DNA of 64,000 nt. Origin: Candidatus Poribacteria bacterium (GTDB lineage Bacteria > Poribacteria > WGA-4E > JAJDTR01). The stretch spans positions 27,596 to 91,595 of the forward strand of contig JAJDTR010000156.1 of the NCBI GenBank assembly GCA_022827055.1. Direction: 5' to 3'. The notes beneath the pieces are model-generated. The model saw only the letters and a program-made list of their open reading frames with translations. It was not told where the DNA came from and ran no database searches. Below are positions 28,628 through 38,467 of the stretch, one piece after another (within the stretch, counting starts at the first letter, position 1; every line of letters begins with the position of its first letter). The position numbers and the translations under genes are program-made.

Positions 28628-29050
28628 TTTGCCCTCCTTGCAGTTTGAGTGATTTCGCGGCCAGCGAATTTACAGTACAGATTCGGGCAATTTACATGCC
28701 AAATTACATGCCAAAACTTTACCACTTCGAAACTCTTGAACTCTCCTTGAATTTACATTGAATCCAACGCGACGCGAAACCCATTCTCACCTGTAGATAA
28801 TACGCCGAACGAGAGGAAAAGTTCCGAACTATGACGACACACTCGAATTCGGTATGATCGCCTCACCACAGTATCAAATCCACAACATATGAATCGAATT
28901 GAAGCAGAAATGAGACACTCGCAATGGGGCCAAGTAAAAGGTTAGAAAGTCGATGATTTATCGGCGGCATTGCTCTGTTAGAAACCGGATGCCCCCTAAT
29001 CGGTGCAGTTTCGTCACTTCAATGCTTCAGCCAGAATTCCACCAAGTTTA

Positions 29051-29094
29051 TAAAAAAGGGGAAATTAGGAAGAACAACTCCTCCCAATTTCCCC
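29051..29094 (-). terminator. Intrinsic terminator of the OmpA-like gene
   Basis: The minus-strand RNA reads GGGGAAAUUGGGAGG-AGUUGUU-CUUCCUAAUUUCCCC followed by UUUUUUAU. That is a 15-bp stem including two G-U pairs, 22 nt after the stop at 29116. Confidence 0.8.
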
Positions 29095-29115
29095 GATATC
29101 GCGGTGAATCAAGTT

Positions 29116-29988
29116 CTACATTCCAGCAGGCATAGTGCCGGGAGGATAGACAACAACGTCTGCACGCCGGTTTGCGGCGCGTCCGTCTTTTGTATTCACA
29201 TTCGCAACCGGCATGGTATGACCACGGGCAATGGTTTTGATGTCGTTTGTAACGCCACTCTCCTTGAGATAATTTGCCACGGCACTAGCGCGTGCCTGCG
29301 AAAGATCCCAGTTACTACGATATTTTCCGCTCAGCACTGGCGTACCGTCGGCATGACCGGAAACAACAACCACGGCATGCGGATGAGCATTTATTGAAGC
29401 CACCGCTTTGTCAAGCATAGCCTTAGCTTCCGAACTCAAGCTGGTTTTTCCACTGGCAAATTGGATTGTTGCCGCGCTCATCGCTTTGACAGCCATCGCG
29501 TTCTCCAATTCCTTCTTTGCCGCCATCAGGTCATTTTTCAGATCGGTCACGCTTTGCGCGGTTGAATTTGCTTGTGCCTCCAAACTGCTGATGCTTTTGC
29601 GCAGTTTGTCATCCTCGGACTTCGCAAAACTCTGGGCGCTTTCGCCGGCAGCATTTACAGCTTGCATTAGTTCATCCCGAACCTTGGCGTCCCCACCTGC
29701 CGCGAATTCCTCGGATCTCTTGATGGTGTCCGCATCTCCGAGATGAGATGCAGCTATAGCATCATCCCGTGCATCCTCAATAGCTTGGCTCAAGTCCGAC
29801 TTCTGCTGTTCAAGCCCACCCTCCAACTTGGAAGCTCTACCATCCAGATCAGCGAACGCTTTGTCATTTGCCGCAACGTAATCGCTTTTCCAGCCCTCGA
29901 ACTCTTCCGTACTAAGCTTGCCACAACCGCTCAGAATCGCCCCAATAAGGACAACACTAACAACCACAACTGCAATCATGTTTCTCAT
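29116..29988 (-). CDS. OmpA/MotB-domain lipoprotein with a long coiled-coil N-terminal region
   Basis: Lipobox ILSGCGK. About 170 aa of Ala/Glu/Lys-rich heptad-like sequence. C-terminal OmpA_C: VVVSGHADGTPV...NWDLSQARASAVANYL...NRRADVVVY. Confidence 0.85.
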   Translation of the reverse strand: MRNMIAVVVVSVVLIGAILSGCGKLSTEEFEGWKSDYVAANDKAFADLDGRASKLEGGLEQQKSDLSQAIEDARDDAIAASHLGDADTIKRSEEFAAGGDAKVRDELMQAVNAAGESAQSFAKSEDDKLRKSISSLEAQANSTAQSVTDLKNDLMAAKKELENAMAVKAMSAATIQFASGKTSLSSEAKAMLDKAVASINAHPHAVVVVSGHADGTPVLSGKYRSNWDLSQARASAVANYLKESGVTNDIKTIARGHTMPVANVNTKDGRAANRRADVVVYPPGTMPAGM

Positions 29989-30283
29989 GGTTCCCTCCTA
30001 AAAGATAAGGTTAAAATATATCTTGATAACCGTCCTGACGCTCTATCTGTTTATACCTTTATTTTAGCACAAACCGCTAGTTCATACCACAAAAAGTGTA
30101 ATATAGCCCGGCAAGTGACCAAGATTGCACCTTTGCGGAACAGTACTCTGCAAAGTCAATCACCACTTTACTCTTAGCGTAACACACAATAAATGTCTCG
30201 TCAATCAAAAAATGCTAGGAGTATCTCGCAACGTCAAGATTATTCCGTGAAAGAGTCGTTGAAATCAATATGGAGAATTACGC

Positions 30284-31792
30284 TTATCGCAACTTATGCG
30301 TTTGTTTATTCTCATCTCCTCCCGTTGTACTTAGGATTCCCCGCACTGTTTGAATCAACTTGCCTTCCGCCAACCATTTACCGGCGACGCGCCAAACGAT
30401 ACTTGAGAAGGTTGGATAGACATGGATCATGCTGCCCAACTTTCGCAGTGGGATGCCTTCCTTCATGGCGAGGACAAATTCATGGATGACCTCTCCTGCC
30501 GCCGGACACACGAGATGGACACCAAGAATTTTGCCGGTCCATTTCGTTGCTACGACTTTAATAAAACCCTTTGTCTCGCCCTCCGCAACAGCGCGATCGA
30601 CATCACGTAATTCAACGGCGAAAACGTCCACCTCCCCATGTTTGTCTCGGGCTTCCGCTTCCGTCATTCCACACCGAGCAACTTCCGGATCACAGAACGT
30701 GGTCCAAGGCACGGCAGAGTAATCTATTGCGTTAGAGCCGGGGAAGAAAATATTGCGAACGATTTGTGCCGCTTGAAACGCCGCGGCATGGGTAAAGAGA
30801 TAATGTCCAATCACATCACCGGCAGCAAAAATATTACTTACCGTTGTCTGCAGTTTTTTATTTACGCATATCCCGGTAGGCGCCACCTCGACGCCTATCT
30901 CATCTAGTCCCAAGCCCTCCGTATTGGGTTGTCGTCCGGCGGCAACCAGAATCTGATCCACATCCAAACTGCAAGCCTCGCCAGCGATATCAAGGTTGAC
31001 CGAGTAGTGTCTCAAGCGTGGTTCATTATGACGGTCGCCGTATTGTGGGCTCCGGTCATGATCAGTGACTTTAACCAGCCGCGCACTTGGAAGAATCGTG
31101 ATGCCTTCCTCTCTGAGGTAGGTCAACATTCTTTCAGAGACTTCGGGGTCCTCCTTCGGCAAGATCCGATCGCTTTGTTGAACAATAATGACTTCTGTTC
31201 CGAGACGGTGAAATGCCTGTCCCAACTCGACTCCAATGGGGCCTGCGCCTACCACCAGAAGTTTCGAGGGGAGTTTTTTCAAACTCCAGATATTTTCGCT
31301 GTGAAGATAACCGCCAGTTTCAAGTCCGGGGATCGCTGGAATGGCGGGACGCGATCCCGTCGAGATTACAAACTTCTTACTCCCGAGCACGCTTTTGCGC
31401 GACTCTTCCCGATCTTCTACAATAAATGACTGCGGAGAATCAAAACGACCGTTGCCAAAGATGACATCTATTCCCATCTCACGGAACCGCTCCGGATTGT
31501 CATGCTCTTTTTCGATGGCATCCTGTGCGGACGTAACATGTGCCATCACACGTTCGAAATCTACCTCGGCGCCGTCCACTTTGATTCCGTATTTCCCCGC
31601 TTCCTTCACATAGTTGGCAACCTTTGCCGCTTTGAGAATCGCTTTCGATGGGACGCAGCCGGCCCACAAGCAATCCCCACCTAGGCGATGTTTCTCAACG
31701 AGAGCGGTAGATTTGCCCAATCTGGCGCTTGCAACCGCCAACACAAGCCCTGCACTTCCACCACCAATGATTGTTAAATCATTTTGTTTCAT
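30284..31792 (-). CDS. Pyridine nucleotide-disulfide oxidoreductase (dihydrolipoamide dehydrogenase / glutathione-mercuric reductase class)
   Basis: IIGGGSAGL FAD fold, redox-active GGDCLWAGCVPSK, second Rossmann LLVVGAGPIGVE, C-terminal interface HVYPTFSS. The likely start is MKQNDLTI at 31792. About 35 aa of extra C-terminal tail. Confidence 0.85.
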   Translation of the reverse strand: MKQNDLTIIGGGSAGLVLAVASARLGKSTALVEKHRLGGDCLWAGCVPSKAILKAAKVANYVKEAGKYGIKVDGAEVDFERVMAHVTSAQDAIEKEHDNPERFREMGIDVIFGNGRFDSPQSFIVEDREESRKSVLGSKKFVISTGSRPAIPAIPGLETGGYLHSENIWSLKKLPSKLLVVGAGPIGVELGQAFHRLGTEVIIVQQSDRILPKEDPEVSERMLTYLREEGITILPSARLVKVTDHDRSPQYGDRHNEPRLRHYSVNLDIAGEACSLDVDQILVAAGRQPNTEGLGLDEIGVEVAPTGICVNKKLQTTVSNIFAAGDVIGHYLFTHAAAFQAAQIVRNIFFPGSNAIDYSAVPWTTFCDPEVARCGMTEAEARDKHGEVDVFAVELRDVDRAVAEGETKGFIKVVATKWTGKILGVHLVCPAAGEVIHEFVLAMKEGIPLRKLGSMIHVYPTFSSIVWRVAGKWLAEGKLIQTVRGILSTTGGDENKQTHKLR

Positions 31793-32118
31793 TTTATTGT
31801 GACGCTTCCCACGTTCTGCGAGATTATTGGTATCCACCAACTACGGTAAGCAAGTTCCAATATAAAAGTTCATCTTCCGCATCGACTAGGAAGACTAGGA
31901 TTGGAAGGATGGAAGGGCGGAGAACCTCCCACCGCTCGACCCTTAATAGTCATTCCTTCGGAACAGAAGAATAAAGCTATCGATCTCTACGGACATAGAG
32001 ACTCTTTATAGATTAGAATTTGCTGGATTTGTCAATCCAGCAGGAGCGGTTTGGACCTAAAACAAAACATAAGTTTATTGTTGAAACTTGCTTAAACCGA
32101 AATCCAAAGAGCGCCAGA

Positions 32119-32595
32119 TTACGTGTTGTCCCTAACACCTAAAATCTCTGCCGCTCTATCGACCCACTCTCGAAAGTCCTCGTGTGAACACCGTTTCCGC
32201 ACTTTCTGGTATGGAAGCCACTTCGCTTCGACAAAGCCTTCCTCAGTATTAAGAGACAGACGGGATTCATAGCGTGTTTCCATCAGATACCAACTCACTG
32301 CTTTCTCGTGTTGATTCCCGTGCTCCTCGCGATACCGAAACTGCTGTTTGCCTAGAAACGCTTTAAGCCGAAGTTCCTTAACGCCGGCTTCTTCCCTCAC
32401 CTCACGAATCGCCGCACCCTCGGAGGTTTCACCTTTATCAATGTATCCCTTAGGCATGACCCATTGGACTTCGCCGTTCCTCCGTATCTGTTTCAACAAT
32501 AGGAATTCGACACAATCTTTGTTCAGGCGTACGACAATTCCACCTGCACATCTGTGCCTAGTTTCAGCATTTTCCAAACCCAGGAATCCTTTCAT
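32119..32595 (-). CDS. NUDIX hydrolase
   Basis: Nudix box GYIDKGETSEGAAIREVREEAGV. Confidence 0.85.
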   Translation of the reverse strand: MKGFLGLENAETRHRCAGGIVVRLNKDCVEFLLLKQIRRNGEVQWVMPKGYIDKGETSEGAAIREVREEAGVKELRLKAFLGKQQFRYREEHGNQHEKAVSWYLMETRYESRLSLNTEEGFVEAKWLPYQKVRKRCSHEDFREWVDRAAEILGVRDNT

Positions 32596-32741
32596 ATGCC
32601 GACATTACAACGAGGTAGTGAGGAAAATGAGCTCGGCTCCCGGACTACCGTCCGAAAATAATCTTGGAGCAGTTAGTTGCTTTTTTCGGTTGACAGGCGA
32701 TGACAGGTTAGGTATGATTAATAATTCACTACGTTAGAAAC

Positions 32742-33221
32742 TTGAGGAGAAACACGATGAACAAGGCGGTTGTTTGGATGATCGGTTTCGTCCTGCTTTG
32801 GGGCACCACGATTTTCAGTGGGTGTGATGAAGCAGGTTCCGGCGGGAGCGGATCTAGCGATGTATTTAGAGGTGAACCTGCAATCTTAGACTCGGCTTTG
32901 ACAATTTCGGTGATTGACGATCGTCCCGACGGAATCACGGATGTCTTCTTTTCCGACACGAGTGATAGGATTTACTTGTGGATTTATTGGACAAATGTCG
33001 AGGGCCGTCATGTAGTTGATGTTAGTTGGTTTTCTCCTGACAGGGCTTTGGACGATCCTCCCTTTCGAGAGGAGCGCGAGACGTTCTCCTCCGCGACCGG
33101 CGAACAGATTACATGGTTCTATATAGAACGCCCAGCCAACGGATTTCCGAAAGGTGAATGGATTGTTGAGATTGACATAAACGAATTATTTGAGCGTAGT
33201 CATCTGTTTCTTGTTGAGTAA
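32742..33221 (+). CDS. Small lipoprotein, unknown function
   Basis: Signal peptide plus lipobox (TIFSGCDE), then a Gly/Ser linker. 159 aa. Confidence 0.55.
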   Translation: MRRNTMNKAVVWMIGFVLLWGTTIFSGCDEAGSGGSGSSDVFRGEPAILDSALTISVIDDRPDGITDVFFSDTSDRIYLWIYWTNVEGRHVVDVSWFSPDRALDDPPFREERETFSSATGEQITWFYIERPANGFPKGEWIVEIDINELFERSHLFLVE

Positions 33222-33285
33222 TTCCCGATTCGCAAATCACACTGCTTAATCCCGCGCAACCCAGTCTTCTTCTCGCCCTGCTGTT

Positions 33286-34182
33286 TTAAGTTAATTCCTG
33301 ACCAACAATCAATCGATAAGCCTCCAAGTATTTCTCGCTCGTCCTATGAATCACGTCCTCGGGCAAGTGGGGAGCAGGGGGCTGTTTGTTCCAACCAACT
33401 TCCGAGAGATAATCTCGCACGAACTGTTTGTCAAAACTACTTTGAGACTTGCCCGGTTCGTATTCATCCTTGGGCCAGAATCGGGAGGAGTCGGGTGTAA
33501 ACACCTCGTCAATAAGGATTAAGTTGTCATCAAGCAGTCCAAACTCAAACTTCGTATCGCAAAGGATTATTCCAACCTTCTCTGCGTGTTGACTCGCGGA
33601 TTCGAACAGTGCGAAACTGACCTCAATAACTCGCTCTGACAAGTCTTTTCCGATTAACTCCTCCATCCGCGCAATCGAGATATTCTCGTCATGCTCTCCC
33701 TGCTCTGCCTTCGTGGCAGGCGTAAATATGAGCTGAGGCAGACGATCGGATTCACGCAAGCCTTCCGGCAATTTTTCGCCGCAAACCGTGCCATCTACCT
33801 TGTATTCCGACCACGCTGATCCGGTGATGTAACCCCGCACGACGCATTCAATGTCAATTCTATCAGCTTTGCGCACCAACATCGATCTTCCCTCAATCAC
33901 GTCAGCATGCGGTTTCAATTCGTCAGGAAATGCCCCGACATCTGTAGTAATCAGGTGGTTGTCCACGATTGAATTCGTGTAATCGAACCAAAACTCTGAC
34001 AAAGCGGTGAGAACATTGCCTTTACACGGGATGCCATCCGGGAGGACGTAATCAAACGCCGAAATCCGATCCGTTGAAATCATCAGAAGTTTGTCATCAA
34101 GATCGTAGAGATCCCGCACTTTTCCCTTGTTAAATAGCGGCACGCTGGTCAGGTTTGTTTCTGTAACGACACTTTGCGTCAT
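33286..34182 (-). CDS. purC: SAICAR synthetase
   Basis: GKVRDLYD, LMISTDRISAFD and CDTKFEFG motifs. 298-aa long form. Confidence 0.92.
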   Translation of the reverse strand: MTQSVVTETNLTSVPLFNKGKVRDLYDLDDKLLMISTDRISAFDYVLPDGIPCKGNVLTALSEFWFDYTNSIVDNHLITTDVGAFPDELKPHADVIEGRSMLVRKADRIDIECVVRGYITGSAWSEYKVDGTVCGEKLPEGLRESDRLPQLIFTPATKAEQGEHDENISIARMEELIGKDLSERVIEVSFALFESASQHAEKVGIILCDTKFEFGLLDDNLILIDEVFTPDSSRFWPKDEYEPGKSQSSFDKQFVRDYLSEVGWNKQPPAPHLPEDVIHRTSEKYLEAYRLIVGQELT

Positions 34183-34241
34183 AAATCCTCCAGATACAGT
34201 TTACTATGTAAACCTCAGATTCAATTATTGTCCTATTAACC

Positions 34242-35309
34242 TCAATTAAGCAATTCATAAAAGAAATTTCGTCGCTTCGGCATCAATCCCAACTCGGTAA
34301 TTGTCCGTTCAATCTCCTCAATGGGCATGCAGTAGACAGTTCCCGCCTTACTCACGACATTTTCCTCGATCATCGTTCCTCCCATGTCGTTCGCGCCAAA
34401 CTTAAGCGACAATTGACCGATTTTGGGTCCTTGAGTCACCCATGAAGACTGAAAATTGTCAAAGTTGTCAAGCATGAGTCTGGAAACCGCCAAAGTTTTG
34501 AGATACTCGAAACTGCCAGCCGGGGGAATATAGTCCATTCGCGTGTTGTTGGGTTGCAAAGACCAACAAATGAACGCAGTGAATCCACCCGTCTCGTCCT
34601 GTAACTCGCGGAGGCGAAGAAGGTGTTCCACACGTTCGCCGTAACTTTCGACGTGCCCATACATCATGGTTGCGCTTGACTTTAAGCCTACGTAGTGCCC
34701 CTGCCGCATGACTTCCAGCCATTCATCCGCTGTGCACTTCTTGGGGCTAATTTCATCCCGAGCGTGATCGGTAAGTATCTCTGCGCCTCCACCGGGTATT
34801 GAATCCAGCCCGGCATCCCGCAGTCGCGTCAACGTTTCCTTAAGACTAATTCGGTTGATTTTTGCGAACCAATCAAGTTCCGGGGGCGAGAACCCGTGGA
34901 TGTGAATCTCATAGTTTTCCTTGATCCAGCGAAGAAGGTCTTCGTACCAATCGAGTTTCAGCTTGGGATGCAAGCCACCTTGCATGAGGATAAGCACACC
35001 ACCCAAATCGATGGTCTCTTGGATCTTCTGCCCCAACTCCTCCCGTTCCATGACATAAGCATCAGGGTCACTCTTATGCCGATAGAAGGCGCAGAAGTCG
35101 CAATCCACATAGCACCAGTTTGTGTAGTTAATGTTGCGATCAACTACATAGGTGATTACGCCGTCCGGGTGTTTGCGTTGACGAATAACGTCAGCCGCGC
35201 TTCCTATGGAGATTAGGTCGGTACTCTTGAAGAGGGTTAGACCATCGTCAAAGTCTAAGCGTTCACCGGCTAACGCTCTCTCCAGAATGGATTGAATCGT
35301 TGCATCCAT
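34242..35309 (-). CDS. Radical SAM enzyme of the futalosine menaquinone pathway (MqnC/MqnE family; CofH-like)
   Basis: CYVDCDFCAFY (CxxxCxxC), MQGGLHP, and C-terminal FICWSLQPNNT. 355 aa. MqnC and MqnE are not distinguishable by eye. Confidence 0.7.
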   Translation of the reverse strand: MDATIQSILERALAGERLDFDDGLTLFKSTDLISIGSAADVIRQRKHPDGVITYVVDRNINYTNWCYVDCDFCAFYRHKSDPDAYVMEREELGQKIQETIDLGGVLILMQGGLHPKLKLDWYEDLLRWIKENYEIHIHGFSPPELDWFAKINRISLKETLTRLRDAGLDSIPGGGAEILTDHARDEISPKKCTADEWLEVMRQGHYVGLKSSATMMYGHVESYGERVEHLLRLRELQDETGGFTAFICWSLQPNNTRMDYIPPAGSFEYLKTLAVSRLMLDNFDNFQSSWVTQGPKIGQLSLKFGANDMGGTMIEENVVSKAGTVYCMPIEEIERTITELGLMPKRRNFFYELLN

Positions 35310-35441
35310 AATCCGCAGTTTCCCTGATCTGTAACAATTGTTGAATGTGTCCTAACCTTATGACGATTCCCAGCTAGATAATTGAATGTAGATTCCGAGC
35401 GGCTAGGACATGTTTGTAGACTGTTAGCTCCGCATTATCGT

Positions 35442-35720
35442 TCATGGTCCGTTTTTGAGAGCATTGTTGTCGTATTCTGATACAAGTTCCTTCACGAGTT
35501 CCAACAGAACGTCGCGGGCATCACCCTGTCGTTGGCGTTTTTCCGTCCACTGCCATTGGTTGAGATACTCGTCGGTTCCGGTCAAGCCCTCCTTCATAGC
35601 GATTCGATCAATGTCCGTCTGAAATCGATCGGGCATGGGCTGCGAAATCGGTTTTTTCCCATCAAAGGCTCTGACTTGAGCCGGAATATGCTTCCAGTAA
35701 AGTATCTGGTACGTCGCCAT
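35442..35720 (-). CDS. Small conserved protein associated with the corrinoid methyltransferase cluster
   Basis: 92 aa (MATYQILYWKHIPAQVRAFDG...). It lies 6 nt downstream of the methyltransferase gene. I vaguely recall a similar small family next to methyl-THF/corrinoid genes; unverified. Confidence 0.5.
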   Translation of the reverse strand: MATYQILYWKHIPAQVRAFDGKKPISQPMPDRFQTDIDRIAMKEGLTGTDEYLNQWQWTEKRQRQGDARDVLLELVKELVSEYDNNALKNGP

Positions 35721-35726
35721 CTCCAG

Positions 35727-36761
35727 CTAGACTTTCAATTCCCCTTTGCGGTAAGCCCGCAAGAATTTTTTGCAAAATCGATCGCGCCCAAGCAGCATAT
35801 CCTCAGCGAGTTGATACGCTCGCGATCCCCTGTCAATGGAGAATACCTTGGTCGGTCGGCTCGTGACAGGATCGATGATTCCGCTGTCCACACCGGCGTC
35901 AATCGCCAAACACATAAAAGCATCATTGACGATGCGGCGACACGGTAAGCCGAAGGATACATTACTGAAGCCGCCGGTAATGTGAATTTCGGGGCCATAC
36001 TTGTCGCGGAGTTGGCGAATTGTGTCAAAGGCATGGACGCCGAACGCACTGTCAACCGAGATTGGAAATATGAGAACATCAATGAATATGTCCTCAATCG
36101 AGATGCCTCTATCCAGGGCGGCGTCCACCATTTGAGAAGCGTTGGCGATTCGTTCTGCATCATCTTGCGGCATGCCGGATTCGCCCGCTGCCGTCACAAT
36201 TACCTGCGAATCATGCAGTTTCGCGAGATCCAGCGCCTCAAGTCGTTCCAAAGACGCAGAGTTCAGCAACATTCGACCAGCTCTCCGGTCGCCAGATTCC
36301 AACCCCGCCTGAATCGTTTCGACGTTAGATGAATCCACGGAAAGAGGGATGGGACACATCTCTTGCACGGTTCGAACCAGCCACTGCATCGCCTCTTTCT
36401 GTTCCAGAGGACGCAGAGAGACCTCATCAACGTTCAAGTCAATGAAATCGGCACCGGCGTCAACTTGACGTTGAACCAATCGGTGTACGTAGTTCAGTCC
36501 TTCAGATGCTTCGGCACCTTTGCCGTTCATCGCCGCTTGAACCGCAATTTTTACGTGTTTGACCCGCCCCTCTTCATAATCTTGGGTCTTTTTTACATCT
36601 TCGGGAATAACCAAATAGCGCCGCTTTTTTCCGGCGTCAAGATAACGAACGGATTCAACACCGTCAGGGTTGTTGGTGACCAGCTTGCCCTTTCGCAGCA
36701 CCACACGGGTGGTATGAACATTTTCACCAATAATAATAAATTCTGTGCCGTTTAGCTTCAT
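35727..36761 (-). CDS. Pterin-binding (DHPS-like) methyl-THF:corrinoid methyltransferase
   Basis: 344 aa with a TIM-barrel pterin-binding pattern (IIGENVHTTR..., GADFIDLNVDE, ...ITGGFSNVSFGLP), as in AcsE/MtrH/MetH pterin modules. Confidence 0.75.
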   Translation of the reverse strand: MKLNGTEFIIIGENVHTTRVVLRKGKLVTNNPDGVESVRYLDAGKKRRYLVIPEDVKKTQDYEEGRVKHVKIAVQAAMNGKGAEASEGLNYVHRLVQRQVDAGADFIDLNVDEVSLRPLEQKEAMQWLVRTVQEMCPIPLSVDSSNVETIQAGLESGDRRAGRMLLNSASLERLEALDLAKLHDSQVIVTAAGESGMPQDDAERIANASQMVDAALDRGISIEDIFIDVLIFPISVDSAFGVHAFDTIRQLRDKYGPEIHITGGFSNVSFGLPCRRIVNDAFMCLAIDAGVDSGIIDPVTSRPTKVFSIDRGSRAYQLAEDMLLGRDRFCKKFLRAYRKGELKV

Positions 36762-36843
36762 GATAAATTAGATATGAATCGCTACGATAGACATTAGGTT
36801 TGCATTAGGATCAACTTGTGTGAGCGCGCAATGAACCGTCATT

Positions 36844-38445
36844 TTATTTCTTGCGCCCGTGATGATCTCGACCCAAAAACGTGTTTGCCCACGCGCTTGT
36901 ACCTTTCAACATGCCGTTCTTGAAGATTGCCGGGCCGTCCATCATGCTTACCTCTTCGCCGTATGCTTTGAGCCTCTCGTAGGCTCGTCCCCAAATGCAA
37001 TCCTTATCGCCAATTTCACATTTTCCTTGGCGTGTGCCGCCGCAGGGGCCGTTACGCTGGTTTTTCACGCATTGAGATTCAGGGCACAGAAAAGCGATTT
37101 CCGGCAACGAACAGTCGCCGCAATCACGGCAATCGAACATCACTGCTTTAATGGCGTGTTCGGCTCCATGCACGGCTTTCCGTACGGGAACACCGGCATT
37201 ATCAACTGCTCGAAAAAGTTTCTGTCCAGCCTTGAAGCCTAGCGTTCCTTCTTCAAATGCTGCTCCGTGCAAACTCCTGTTTACCTTGTAGCCCAATGAC
37301 AGGGCCCGCCTTGCCGCTTGCAGGGCTTCGGGCCGTTTTGAAAAGAGGTAGCTTCGGTTGACTTCGGTCGAACTGAGACCTGTGTCTAGCGCCGGTTCGA
37401 AGAAGTAGAATTCGTCGGCGTAACCGAAACAGATTTCCTTCACGAAGTCCTTCCAGTCATCGGCGCCAAATTCATCGGTTATCTGCAGAATTTTCTCATA
37501 ATCCTTGTATCGCAGATGTCCACCGAGGTAGACGCCGCGATAGCCCAACCCCTTCGCGATGGCACACTGTTTCGCAGCAAAGCTTAAGAAAAAGGATTTT
37601 CCCTTGTCGCGCGATTTTGCTTGCTTTTCAACCAGACGCAGCAAATCGTCGGTTACCGTGACCCCCGGGATATTTCCTGCGTTAAAGTACCGCGCCGCCG
37701 TTCGACTCAACACATAGACATTGCCAAGCACGGGCACGTTGATGCCGTGCATGGACATATACTTTAACAGTTCATCCTGCTTACGAGAGTCGTAGCCAAT
37801 CTGATTGATGATAAACGTTGCCCCGTTCTCTACCTTTTTTGCAAGCTTGAAATACTGCGGCATCACTTCGCGTTCATAGCGTTTATGGTTGTTAACTACG
37901 GCGCCGAGATAGAAGTTGGTGCGTTTTAGTACTTCCTTTTTCTTCCCTGCCGCAACGCTCATCCCGGCGTTCATATCCGAGAACATCCTGAGCAGACCGA
38001 CCGAATCGGTGTCAAAAACCGGGATCGCGTGTCCTTGGTAGCCATCGTTGGGATAGTCACCCGACAAAGTGAGCACATTATTGAAACCCTCGCTAGCGAG
38101 CTGCCAGCCGCGGCTCTGGAGAGCATTGCGATTCCAGTCCTTGCAGGAAAGGTGGATGACGACTTCCTGGCCTCGCGAAATGAGATCCGTTCCGAGCGTG
38201 TCGGCGCTGAGCATGGCGTTGCCGCCCGGGTTGTCGGTAATACTTAAGGCATGTATGCGCGGGTGTTCGGTGAGCTTCCTAGCCAAATCGAGTACGCGTC
38301 TTCCATTACGCTCCGTGATTACGCCGCGCGAGGTGACCAGTTCGACGCAGGTAACAAATGTATCTGTTTCCTCAAGCAGTTGGCGCAGTGGACGCTTTTG
38401 CCAAGCACCTGCTTGCTGACCGGATTGAGCGTAGGCGGTATTCAT
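36844..38445 (-). CDS. metF: Methylene-THF reductase fused to a C-terminal MetV-type Cys-rich domain
   Basis: The N-terminal ~300 aa is MetF-like (...VTCVELVTSRG..., HLSCKDWNRN, FIINQIGYD). The C-terminal ~200 aa carries CRDCGDCSLPEIAFLCPESQCVKNQRNGPCGG, typical of the MTHFR_C/MetV domain. Confidence 0.8.
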   Translation of the reverse strand: MNTAYAQSGQQAGAWQKRPLRQLLEETDTFVTCVELVTSRGVITERNGRRVLDLARKLTEHPRIHALSITDNPGGNAMLSADTLGTDLISRGQEVVIHLSCKDWNRNALQSRGWQLASEGFNNVLTLSGDYPNDGYQGHAIPVFDTDSVGLLRMFSDMNAGMSVAAGKKKEVLKRTNFYLGAVVNNHKRYEREVMPQYFKLAKKVENGATFIINQIGYDSRKQDELLKYMSMHGINVPVLGNVYVLSRTAARYFNAGNIPGVTVTDDLLRLVEKQAKSRDKGKSFFLSFAAKQCAIAKGLGYRGVYLGGHLRYKDYEKILQITDEFGADDWKDFVKEICFGYADEFYFFEPALDTGLSSTEVNRSYLFSKRPEALQAARRALSLGYKVNRSLHGAAFEEGTLGFKAGQKLFRAVDNAGVPVRKAVHGAEHAIKAVMFDCRDCGDCSLPEIAFLCPESQCVKNQRNGPCGGTRQGKCEIGDKDCIWGRAYERLKAYGEEVSMMDGPAIFKNGMLKGTSAWANTFLGRDHHGRKK

Positions 38446-38467
38446 CAGTTATGACCCCGTACGTCAT

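Noticed and set aside
32023-32044. 9-bp hairpin TGCTGGATT-TGTC-AATCCAGCA as an intrinsic terminator of the NUDIX gene.
   Set aside because: There is no U-tract on the minus-strand side after the stem, and it lies about 75 nt beyond the stop. It may still be a processing or protein-binding site, but it is not supportable as a terminator.
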